The notes beneath the pieces are model-generated. The model saw only the letters and a list, made by a program, of their open reading frames with translations, was not told the DNA's origin and did not search any database. This document shows, one piece after another, positions 1 through 19,301 of a DNA stretch of 64,000 bases (positions within the stretch are counted from its first letter, which is position 1; each line of letters starts with the position of its first letter). The stretch lies in the NCBI RefSeq assembly GCF_009914755.1, contig NC_060925.1; one strand, given 5' to 3'. Source of the stretch: the human T2T-CHM13v2.0 reference genome, Homo sapiens. The translations under genes were made by a program, and so were the position numbers.

Positions 1-4610
<4,610 letters not shown>

Positions 4611-5015
4611 ACTTACACTTTGGTGAAACTGTATTTTTCTTCCTCTTTTGTTTGGCCAAGCAAGAATGGCTGAATTTTCAAGTTAAATGTGTATATGAAA
4701 GGACTCCATTATAATCAAGAATTAGAGAAAATCAATATGGTTTCACATAAGAGAAAAAAGTTTCAATGGAAAAAATTACCATTAAAAAGGCCATGAGAAA
4801 AGGTCTTCAGGTTCATTAGCACCTTTGGGTTGACAACCCATCCATTATCAGGTAAATTTTGTTTCAGCCTAAGGTCATGACAATATGTTTCAAAAGAAGT
4901 GCAGCAAAGGCACACTGGTAGCAACACACTACCTTATGTAAGTAGAGTAGAACTACAAGAAAAAAAAATGGGGGAAGATATGGTCTCCACTCACCAAAAA
5001 GCAGAGAATAAAGGC

Positions 5016-5460
5016 TGTGAAAAGAAAATAAATCTTGGGATCCCCTAATCACAAACCCTAATCACGAATCCCCTAATCACAAGGAAAATCCTTGCAGACA
5101 AACGACAGACAGAACTTCAAGTCATTCATCTGCTGAGATAAATGCATATCTGATTGCCTCCTTTGAAAAAGCTAATCAGAAACTCAAAAATAATGAAATT
5201 CTTTGTCTTTTATTTACCTATGACCTAGAAGCCCCCTCCCTGATTTGAGTTGTCCCACCTTTCCAGACCAAACCAACATACACCTTACATATATTAATGT
5301 CTCATGTTTCCCTAAAATGTGTAAAACCAAGCTGTGCCCAGACCACCCTGGGCACAAGTTTTCAGAACCTCCTGAGGCTGTGTCACGGGCACAATCTTAA
5401 CCTTGGCAAAATAAACTTTCTAAATTGACTGAGACCTGTCTCAGATATTTTGGGGTCACA
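5016..5460 (+). mobile_element. Solo LTR, MER4A/MER4A1-like (ERV1)
   Basis: TG...CA ends; begins TGTGAAAAGAAAATAAATCTTGGG and ends AATAAACTTTCTAAATTGACTGAGACCTGTCTCAGA...CACA, as in the recalled consensus. Confidence 0.8.
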
Positions 5461-5476
5461 CAAAGGAGATAAAAGT

Positions 5477-5800
5477 GAAATATGATCCCCAGTGTTGCAG
5501 GTGGGGCCTAGTGGGAGGTGTCTGAGTTATAGGGATGGCTTCGTGAATGGCTTCGTGCCTTCCTGGCCGTAATGAGCGGGTTGTTTAAAACAACTGGTTG
5601 TTTTAAGAGTGTGAGATCTGGTTAAGAGTGTGGCACCTTTCCCTCCTCTCTTGCTCCCTTTTTTGCCATGTGATACGATAGCTCCTCCTTCCACCATGAT
5701 TGTAAGTTTCCTGAAGCCCTCACTAGAAGCAGACGCCTGCACTATGCTTCTTGTACAGCCTGCAGTACCATGAGCCAAATAAACTTTATTCTTTGTTAAA
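5477..5800 (+). mobile_element. MaLR LTR, MST-type fragment
   Basis: GGTGGGGCCT..GGGAGGTG; CCATGATTGTAAGTTTCCTGA; GAGCCAAATAAAC motifs. Confidence 0.75.
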
Positions 5801-6504
5801 GAATAGTGAAATATGTTTCCATCTTTAAATGCATCATATAACGCATTTTTGATCCACAATTGTGTCTGCCTACTACCACTATACTCAGCATATAAGAAGC
5901 ATGAAAATATCAGCACATTAATTTAGAACTTTCTGCTTCTATAATTCCCTTTTCTTTTGCACTATTTCACTAGCTCTTTAATTTGGCATTCTGATGACCA
6001 CTACTGATTTTCTGAAAATGTGGCTTCTGGACTGAAACCTCAGCACTTCTAATTGCATGCCTCAGTAATGCAAGTAAATACTGGTACTACACTGTATCGG
6101 GACAATGTGCATTCAATATGGTAGTCTTCTGTAGACAGAAATCTGGATTAAACATAATTTTCTAGAAGTCATCTCACACAAACACTCTCAGAGTCTGTGA
6201 ATTACAAATTTAAACAAATTGATATATCTGCATGAATCTACAACTGAGCAAATGTGACAATCTAAATGATCTGTCAAGACGTTAAATGGCAAATTTTACG
6301 TATCAATTACTAACAAAATTATCTCAGAATTTTATGCTGCATGTTTAAATGATGGAAACATTATGCTATTTCTATGTACAGGTGTTATTGAAGCCTGAAT
6401 TCTCATGAAATATATATATGATGTATATGTATGTACATATGTATGCATATATCTATCATATATATGTTTTTTGAGACTGAGTCTCACTCTGTCACCCAGG
6501 CTGG

Positions 6505-7060
<556 letters not shown>

Positions 7061-7427
7061 AGTTTTTTTTTTGTTTTTTTTCTTTTAAACCTGGTAGAGT
7101 AACTCTTTTAATGTTGTCAACTGTTAAGATATTTCATATCTGAGAAGATACACAGTTCAATACTACATATCTTAACAGCTGACAACATTTAAAAGAGTTA
7201 CTCTACCAGGATCTTACAAAGAAAGATAAGATTTGGGTTTGGAAAAAAAAAAAAAAAAACCACACAAAAAACAAAACTAGGCCAGGCACGGTAACCGGGG
7301 CCTGTAATCCCAGCTATTCGGAGGCTGTGGCAGGAAAATCGCTTGAACCCGGGAGTTAGAGGCTGCAGTGAGCTGAGACTGCGCTATTGCACTCCAGCCT
7401 GGGTAACAAGAGCAAGACTTCATCTCA

Positions 7428-7724
<297 letters not shown>

Positions 7725-7927
7725 CTAAAAAAAAAAAAAAAAAAAAAATTATACATGGAGATATGAAAATAAAAACATAATGGGGCAAAAAAATAAAACC
7801 AATAAAAAAGATTTATTTTTAGCTGAAAGTAATCCTTCCTCAGTATTTAATCTATCTCTTTTCCCATGAAAAGGGAGCTAAAGGAAGTAACACATCATGT
7901 TTTAAAGGCCAGGCCAATGGCTCATAC

Positions 7928-8082
7928 CTGATGTCCACTCTAAGCTTAGGATAATACTGAGACACATATTTCCTGATGAGACTGTAGGAAGCTTCTTTAG
8001 GTTCACAAAGGCGAGTAAAGGCCAGTGGGAGGACATCCTCCAATTTTACTTGTGGTTCTGGATCCACTGCAGAGCTCCTATT
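7928..8082 (-). CDS. HP1BP3: HP1BP3 coding exon 7 (155 nt; NRSSAVDPEPQVKLEDVLPLAF...KLRVDIR), contains the PxVxL motif PQVKL and the start of the second H15 domain
   Basis: Acceptor CAG at 8083-8085, donor AG|GTATGA at 7928/7927; translation matches recalled HP1BP3 sequence; phase consistent with the upstream exon. Confidence 0.96.
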
Positions 8083-8302
8083 CTGAAAAGTAATTATCAA
8101 AAATTATGATCATTATAGAACGTAAATGTTTCTACATACAACTCAAGGGCTTTCCTCAGTTGATTACCAAATTTGTCAATTTTATGGCAATTTCTTTGAT
8201 ATAAAATTTTCAATGGACAGCATTAAAAATACATATAAAAGCTGGGTGTGGTGGCTCACACCTGTAATCCCAGCACTTTGGGAGGCCGAGGTGGGCAGAT
8301 CA

Positions 8303-8632
<330 letters not shown>

Positions 8633-8735
8633 TCAAGTTTGAGACCAGCCTGACCAACATGGTAAAACTCTGTCTCTAATAAAAATACATAATTAGCCAG
8701 GCATGGTGGCATGCACCTGCAATCTCATTTACTCA

Positions 8736-8840
<105 letters not shown>

Positions 8841-9271
8841 TCAAAACACACACACAAAAAACACACATAAAAGTAAAAAGGAGTGTAGATTTTAAAGGTC
8901 CTAATTTATGAAGTACAGCACCAGAAAAAAATGCATAAAGTTCATTTTGAAAGTGTTTGAAAAGTCTATGAAAAAAGGATAAAAAGCTTCAGAGTTGTAA
9001 AACAAAAAAAAAAGGTGTAGAAAAATATTATTTCAATTTCTGATATAAATGAGTACAAGACATTTCACTTTATTATTGTAGAAATACTTTACACAAATGA
9101 AATTATATGTGTTGGGAAGAAGAATGTTAGTATTTACAAAAACAGGAAGAAAAATTGGATCTGGGTATTGTTTTTGGGTCTAGTATTTGGTAAAAATGTA
9201 CTTTTAGGCTGGGCATGGTGTGGTTCACATCTATCATCCCAGCACGTTGGGAGGCGGAGGCAGGCAGATCA

Positions 9272-9538
<267 letters not shown>

Positions 9539-10134
9539 TTATACCTCCTCTAGTTTAAAAGATATTTCACAAAAAGCAGTATAATTCAGCTGGGAGCAAT
9601 GGCTCACCCTGTAAATCCCAGCACTTTGGGAGGCAGAGGCGGGCAGATCACTGAGGTCAAGAGTTCAAGACCAGCCTGGCCAACACGGTAAAACCCTGTC
9701 TCTACTAACAAAAAAAATTAGTCAGGCACTGTGGCGAGTGCCTGTAATCCCAGCTACTCAGGAGGCTGAGGCAGGAGAATTGCTTGAATCCAGGAGGCGG
9801 AGGTTGCAGCTAGCTGAGATCATGTCACTGCACTACAGCATGGGCAACAGAGCAAGACTCCATCTCAAAACAAAAAACAGTGTAATTTATATAGCTGCCC
9901 ATAATTTAATATAAGGCACTTAAGAGCACAGGCTTAACCAGGTTGGACTGCTTGGATCTGCACCTTGGCTATTCTACTCACTAGAGGAACAAATTATTTA
10001 TAACTTCCCTAGGCCTTAGCAGAAAGGCTGAACCTTGCATAGTGCCAGGCACACAGCAAACACTCAATGAATGTTGCTATTTTTAGTAGCAGTAACAGCT
10101 CCACAGCACTCAAACTGTGGTATAGATGTCTTAC

Positions 10135-10215
10135 CTTTCTGTTTCTGGATTTCTGAGGTGTTTTTCTTGATTTCTGAACCACAACAAAACTTCCAGAAGC
10201 ACCTTTTCCTTTAAC
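10135..10215 (-). CDS. HP1BP3: HP1BP3 coding exon 6 (81 nt; VKGKGASGSFVVVQKSRKTPQKSRNRK), end of first H15 domain
   Basis: TAG acceptor, AAG|GTAAG donor; KGKGASGSF resembles the linker-histone globular-domain C-terminal motif. Confidence 0.95.
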
Positions 10216-10809
10216 CTAAAGTAAATTAATTTTTGTTATTCTAGTATTCATAACTTTACAGTAGGCTAAGGAAATTACAGGCCATGGTAATGCAAGAGCT
10301 AATGTAAAGTGGTGTTTACTTCTTCAGAGAAAAAAAAAAAAACAGTCAATGCAGAGTCAAAAGACTTCAGATGAAAGCTCCTTTATATACCATCTAGCTG
10401 ATGCTGAGTAATACTGGACAACCCAGTTAACCCTCTGAGCTTTTGTTTTCTCATCTACAAAATTTTGGGAAGAATGCTACTGTGATACCAGGTTAAACAG
10501 TTTATTAAAAACTTTCAAAATGAAATAAAAAATCAAAACAAAAATGTCCCAAAAAAGGAAGGGACACAATCTCTTAGGGAAATAAGAAAAGCCCTCACTG
10601 TCTTAAAAGCACCTTGGAAAAAGTTTAGAGCCTAATTAGTCTCAGACCACGTAACTTCCCACAGTTTACCAATGATACATTATTCCTTATGGGAAGGGTT
10701 ATCCAACAATTTTTTGGCTGGGCGCGGTGGCTCATGCCTGTAATCCCAGCACTTTGGGAGGCCGAGGCGGGCGAATCACGAGGTCAGGAGATCGACACCA
10801 TCCTGGCTA

Positions 10810-11079
<270 letters not shown>

Positions 11080-13480
11080 TCATAAAATTTTAAAGTTGAT
11101 TCACAATAGGCCAGGCACGGTGGTTCATTCCTATAATCCCAGCATTTTGGAAGGCCGAGGTGGGCAGATCACTTGAGGTCAAGAGTTTGAAACCAGCCTG
11201 GCCAATGTGGTAAAACCCCATCTCCACTAAAAATACAAAAATTAGCTGGGTGTGGTAGCGGGCGCCTGTAATCCCAGCTACTCAGGAGACTAAGGCAGGA
11301 GAATTGCTTGAACACGGGAGGCAGAGGGTGTAGTGAGCTGAGACCATGCCATTGTGTAACAGAGCGAGACTCCATCTCAAAAAAAAAGTTGATTCACAAT
11401 AACTAAAGTCCTCCACAGCTTAGTTTTACCTACACTGCTATCAATGCAGCAATCAAGCTGGAATGCTTTTAGCCTACTAAGAGTTGTTTAGGCATCAAAC
11501 CAAGGGTGGTCAGGCTATGTAGGCTAGAGCAGGTCATAAACTAAAACATGAAGCCATCTCATAAGCTTTGCTGACATGTTACACAACAGGTCCTTGGCTC
11601 TAATAATTATATTAACTAGGTAAGACTTTTTAGTCAACGATAATTTTGTTTTATTTTAGAGACAGGGTCTCACTCTGTCACCCATGCTGGAGTGCAGTGG
11701 CACAATCATAGCTCATTGCTATGTTAGCTCATAGCTCAACTCAAGCGATCCTCCTGCCTCAGCCTCATGAGTTGGGACTAGAGGCATGCACCCCTACATT
11801 TGGCTAATTTTTAAGTTTTTTGTAAAGGCTGGGCATGGTGGCTCACGTCTGTAATCCCAGCACTTTGGGAGGCTGAGGTGGGTGAATCACTTGGGCCCAG
11901 GAGCTTGAGACCAGCCTGGGCAACATGGCAAAACCTTGTCTCTACAAAGAATACAAAAATTAGCTGGGTGTGCTGGTGCACACCTATAGTCCCAGGTACT
12001 CGGGAGGCTGAGGTGGGAAGACGGCTGGAGCCCAGCAGGTAGAGAGTGCGGTGAGCTGACATTGCACCTCTGCACCCCAGCCTGGGCCAGAGTGAGATCC
12101 TGTCTCAAAAAGTAAAATAAAATAGAATAAAGAAATAATTTTTTTGTAGAGACAGGGCCTCACCTTGCTATGTTGCCCAGGCTGGTCTCAAACTCCTGGC
12201 CTGAAGCAACCCTCCCACCTCAGCGTACAGGTATGAGCCACTGTGCCTGGCCGTCAGTGATAATTTTAAAGGCCATTTAAATATCAGTTTTACATTTTGA
12301 GAAAGCTGGACTCCTAGCTCCACAGAGCAGCAATCTGTTTTATTCACTAACAGACCTCCAGGCAACTGGCACATAGGAGACAAGACGTATCTGTGCAATT
12401 AAGTACTAGTTGGAAGTCCCTAAGCAGAGCTGAAATGCCTGAGTGGCACAGAATTCTGTTCTGATCAAACAGGCAGGGGGTATAGAAAAAACTTAACAAG
12501 ACTCTAGGAATGGGGTGAACTAGGTTTTTAAAATTTTTGCCACTACCGTAAGACCTTAGCAGTTATTTCATCACTCTGGACCTCTGAAGAGGGTAACATA
12601 ATATAAAGTTTATTCTAGCTTTAGATTTCTATGGTTCTAAGTTTCCATGCACTATGCAAGATAAAGTAGATTTATGCCTGAAATCAACATTTGTTCTAGT
12701 ACTAGTCACATTTCACTCGGGTTTCTCTGATACTCTTAACAGGCTTTAATAGTTTAGATACTAATCAGTTAAGGTGAGCACATTTATGAAGCTAAAAATT
12801 AATAGTAACAAGTCTATCATGTAAGTTAGGCTTTAAAGGAAACAAACCTAAGACAAGGGCAATTATTATTTCTGTTATTCCTTTTTGTTTTCAGACAGGG
12901 TCTCACTCTCACCGAGGCTGGAGTGGTGAGATCGTAACTCACAATAGCCTCAACCTCCCAGGCTCAAGCGGTCCTCCTGCCTCTGCCTTCCAAGTACCTG
13001 GGACTAGAGGCATGTGTCACCAAACCCTGCTGATTTTGTATTTTTTGTAGAGAAGGGGTCTTGCTATGTTGCCCAGGCTGGTCTCGAACTCCTGGGCTCA
13101 AGTGATCCTCCCAACTAAGCCTCCCAAGGTGCTGGGACTACAGGTGTAGGCCACCATCCCTAGCCTCATTTTTGCTGTTTCAGTAGTAGGATTCCTTACC
13201 TCTTTTTCATGTTCAGTGCTACATGATTTCAAGCACAAGCAGCCCCCCAAAAAATATCCAATTAAGAGCAAAGTAAGCTAGAAAAAAGTTACACTATCTT
13301 AATGGCACCAGCATTTTCGAAACCTAGCCTCAGATAATTCAACTAGGTTAAACTTAAGGAATTTCATCATCATGAAACTTATTTTTAACAAAAAAGGCAC
13401 AAAAAGCCTAAATGTTACTAACTGTAGACTTAAAGCTAATACACAATGAAATGATCTTACTACTAACAATTGTGTAATAC

Positions 13481-13624
13481 CTGTTTGATGACTCCTCTAT
13501 TTAATTCTCTTTTCAGTGCTTGTTTAAGGAGATAACCCCTTCTCTCCAGCTCCAGAGAAGGATACTTATGGATGATGTATTTTCGAATAGCAACCACTGA
13601 TGCACCACTCTTCTGGAAGCATGC
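13481..13624 (-). CDS. HP1BP3: HP1BP3 coding exon 5 (144 nt; ACFQKSGASVVAIRKYIIHKYPSLELERRGYLLKQALKRELNRGVIKQ), H15 domain core
   Basis: TAG acceptor, CAG|GTATT donor; H1/H5-like winged-helix translation; phase 0/0. Confidence 0.95.
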
Positions 13625-16001
13625 CTAGAAAAGATTTATTAAACTAGTTGTTTTTTTTTATTAGATAGAGCCTGACATATATTTTCAAAATAAATTATTT
13701 TGGAAGTGAATTTGATGATAGATGACAAAAACGGTAGGGAAGAATGAACTTCAGAAGACTTCAGTTCATAATGACTACAGAGAAGTAACAGAATTACTAA
13801 ATATTTCTACTACAATTTTAAATTGTTCAAAACAGCCTAAGAGACCATACTGAACACGAACAACATTCTATGTATAATGAAGAACCTCTTTCCATTTTAA
13901 TTCCATTCTGTATTTAGAAGATGAATCTTTGGCATCAAAATGAGAAAAGCAGAACAAACCTATCACTTACAGGATCACAGATCTGTCCCATTTTAAGGCA
14001 CGAGCTTAAGGAATGAGCATGCCAGGACATTTCCCTGAAGGCTCTGTATGAATGTCAGCAGAAAGAAGAATCAAAGATAATCTGAATAAGTGGCATAAAA
14101 ATGGGTTTACAGATGGCAAAGTGCTGAAGGAGAGTTTTGGGTAATAGTGAAGGTGTTCTATTTGAATTTAATGTGCCCTCTTCCATTTCCATCCTATTTT
14201 ACTTATACTCCATTTGACTAATGCACCTGGAAGAATTAAGTAGCTCATTATGTCACAAAGGCAGCAAATACTTAATTTTTTTCAAATGCTTAAAATTTTG
14301 TTTTCCAACTGGTCACTGACTTGAAATCAAATACTTTAAATTTTGAAACACACAAAAGTAGCATCTGTCATTTATCTAATGAGCTAGTCCATCAATTTTG
14401 TACTGCCACAGTGTCTATTAAATCAATGTAGCACTTATTCATTCTCATTGGATAAGAACTTCGTTGAATGTTTTTATACATTTTGACAACAAAGAAAAAT
14501 AACTCACAGGTAGATGGTCCAGAAAAGATTGCACAACACGAAACAAGTTGTATTAATATGGGTCATGTAATTCAAGTCTATGTCTCTGAACTATTAATGA
14601 CCTACTGAGGTTTACTCCTGATCTTAAAAGAAAACACAGAGCAAAGAAAATCAAGCAGAAAAGAACACTAATGCTGAAACAAATAATCTTTTGCTCCACC
14701 AATCCGACAGTGAGATGGTAGTAGACATCATGATTCCTGTTCAATACAGAAAATGGTATCCATGGTCTGAAACAATAATTTGTCATATTGCATGGAATAC
14801 ACATTATCTATATAAAATCAATCATCTCCATAAATATGCACAATTATATTCAAACCATTCTTTAAGCCAAATTGATATTGTTTTAATTTTTTATTTCACT
14901 ATTTTAAAGTTTCAGCCCTTTTTCCATCCTCACTATGATGCTGCTCCTTCAAACCCAGGCTGAGTGGTCATCAAGTGAAATCCTTGAAGAAAGGCTATAC
15001 AAAGAACAGAGATTTCACTACAGTGAGGTAATCTAGACCAATAAAGTTTTCTTAATGAGGTGAGAGCATAAGAAGTCTTGAAGGAGTAAAGGGAGAAGTC
15101 TGAAGGCAAACCCTTTTTCCAGTTTATGTGTTAGTGCTATCTTCTCATATTCTGAGAATGACAACCAGGCTGCTCCTTTTCGTACACATCCCCCCTTTTC
15201 TGGTTAAAATCATCTGTATCCCTGTCTCCCCAGTCCTGCCTCAGATCCTAACAACAGGGTCCCTGAAAGATGGGTCTGTTCTAACTCCTCTTATCATCTG
15301 ATCATATGAACTAAACAAGGCAAAATTAAATGAAAAGACTTATACAATAAAGGCAATGTCAAATTAGAAGATAACCTTTAAAAATTAAAATAGGAAAACT
15401 ACATCTAATGAAAGTCAATGAAATCATAAATCTATGTAAGGAGGATAATTTTTGTAAGCATTTTGGAATGTCTAGGTAATAAAGCAGTGTTTATTAACAG
15501 GGTTCAGGTGTGAAAGATAACCACTACCAAGATCACTTAGCTTTAGAAATGAACCTAGAGATATTTTTTAAACAAAAATTCTCAATATTTTTCAGTTACT
15601 GAGTCACAATTAGATTTATAAGGGCAAGGACTTTGCTAGCCTTAGTTAATTCACCACTAGCAGGGGCGCCCAACAGAGGAAGGTAGTCCTTAAATGTTTG
15701 TTCAATGAATTAACATTTTCAGCCTTCAAATAAAAACTGTACTTAATCAATAAACTGCATTTAAAAATTCTAAAGTTAAAATATTTGCTATATTAAATAT
15801 AATTTTTTTAAAAAAATTAACAGTGTTCACCAAATGTGATTATATTAGAAAAACATGAACTTATAATGACTTTCCTCTCTTTAAAACTCCTTTAGGAAGC
15901 AGAACAAGATTTATGATGTCTAGACAGATATATGCCATTTTCAAATAAGAAAAAAATGAACATAATAAATCTAAGATGAATTGCTTGAAATAAAAACTTG
16001 C

Positions 16002-16161
16002 CTTAATGGCCTCAGTTAAGATTGCATCCATCTTGGGACGTGGGGAAGAAGCCATCGGTGTTTGTTTCTGGGCCCTGGCTAGCTGGCTGGCAGAAAGGGT
16101 AGCCCAGGAAGGAATTGTTTTTTTCACTTTCTTCTCCTTTTCTTTAGACTGATCTTTCTCA
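16002..16161 (-). CDS. HP1BP3: HP1BP3 coding exon 4 (160 nt; DEKDQSKEKEKKVKKTIPSWATL...MDAILTEAIK)
   Basis: AAG acceptor at 16162-16164; non-canonical donor AAG|GCAAGT; overlaps ORF 15861..16127; keeps the frame into the next exon. Confidence 0.93.
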
Positions 16162-17044
16162 CTTTAAAACAAAGAATTGTTATTATAGAAGATAAGCTCT
16201 CTAGAAAGACGTATAAAGTCAGAAGGAGGAAAAGACCAGGGAGGGATAAAAATTAATGCTTTAATTTATTTACAGGCTAAGATGACATGTACCATAAGCA
16301 AAATTTTACAAAATAAATCTTCTTTAAAAACTGGGTACTATAAATGAATTAAAAAGGTATTTTTCTCTTAGCTGCAGGAGAAAGGAGTCACATAAATTAG
16401 CACTGGTATAAGGGCTCAGTACATAAGACAAATGAGAATTTTAAAATGCACATTAGTTAACAATTACAACAGATGCAATATGGTATAGTGGAAAAAACTC
16501 AAGCTCTTAAAGTCAGAAAACCTTTGTTTGTATTTTCACTCAAACATTTACTAGCTAGCTATATGATCTTAGTAAATGATGTGAGTCTTTCTCCTCAGCT
16601 ATAAAACAGTAATATAGAACCAACTATTTCCCAAGGTGTTGCAAGAATTATAAGAGTATGTTTATCAAAACAATTTTGTGAGATTTAAAGCATTATGTAA
16701 ATTTTATTCTGAGTATATAACAGTACTCTGTGCACCTAATAGGTGCATTAGAACATTTAACAACAGACGATAGGCTGGGTGCAGTGGCTCATGCCTGTAA
16801 TCCCAGCAATTTAGGAGGCTGAGGAGGGAGGACAGCTTGAGGCCAGGAGTTCAAGCCCAACCTAGCCAACATAGTGAGACGCCATCTCCATTAAACACAC
16901 ACACACACACACAAACACACCCACACCCACACACGATAGTTGCTATAAATTCCACAGACCTTAGCTATACTTATGAAACTCAGATAAAGAATACCCTGAA
17001 GATTATAGCTAGAAGGTATAGTTATTACTAAGTTATTCTTTTAT

Positions 17045-18488
<1,444 letters not shown>

Positions 18489-19147
18489 TAGTTAAAAGCA
18501 ATTTCTAACTGTTCTGACCAATTATGAAAAGAGTGGAATGAATACTATCAGCTCTCCTGCAAAAAAAAAAAAAAAAAAATTAAAAATTAAAAAGTAACTG
18601 CCATCACTTTATATAGATACACATCAATAGCAAATTTTACTTTCAGATTCTCAAAGCCAATTCTTCAACTGAATATTTCATCAAACATATATAGACTTTT
18701 AGGTCACACTACCAATGGCTTGATACAAATCAATGCCTTCTAACATAAGCACACAAAAACAACCCACTCCTGGCACAGAAGTAGGAATAAAATAGTGAAA
18801 TGTCTTCTAGGTCAGATTTTTATAGTTATGTTTCATTTCTTATTGAAGTCTTGCCAGTGCTTAAAATATCAGATACTCCCACAATAAATTACAAGCTCAA
18901 AAACACATTCCAAAGCCAATGACAAAGACTTTTGGATTATTCAAACCATTGTGTTCTGCTAACTACAGCATATTCTAACAGGTCAAACAACTATATAATA
19001 AACCTATTTCAAATGGTAATTCTAAAAATTAAATCCAAATAGCAAATACCTAGCATAAACCAATGTTATAACACTTTAAAACAATCTAATCTAAAGTCCT
19101 TTTACACATTCTTCAAATATAAATAGCAAGAAGACATAACTCCTTAC

Positions 19148-19301
19148 TCCTTTTTGGTTTCCTCAGAAGACTTATTTTCTTCCTTCTCTTCATTCTCAGG
19201 TTCCCCCTTTGGCTGCTCTGCCTCACTCGAAGTAGCAGGTGGAGTTTCATTCTCTTGTTCTTCTACAGTGGAGACAGATTCCTCTGAACTTATGTCTGGT
19301 T
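19148..19301 (-). CDS. HP1BP3: HP1BP3 coding exon 3 (154 nt; EPDISSEESVSTVEEQENETPPATSSEAEQPKGEPENEEKEENKSSEETKK), acidic disordered region
   Basis: TAG acceptor, GA|GTAAG donor; lies within ORF 19144..19404. Confidence 0.95.

Noticed and set aside
15653-15670. CTCF-like CCACTAGCAGGGGCGCC
   Set aside because: Does not fit the CCASYAGRKGGCRS spacing in either register
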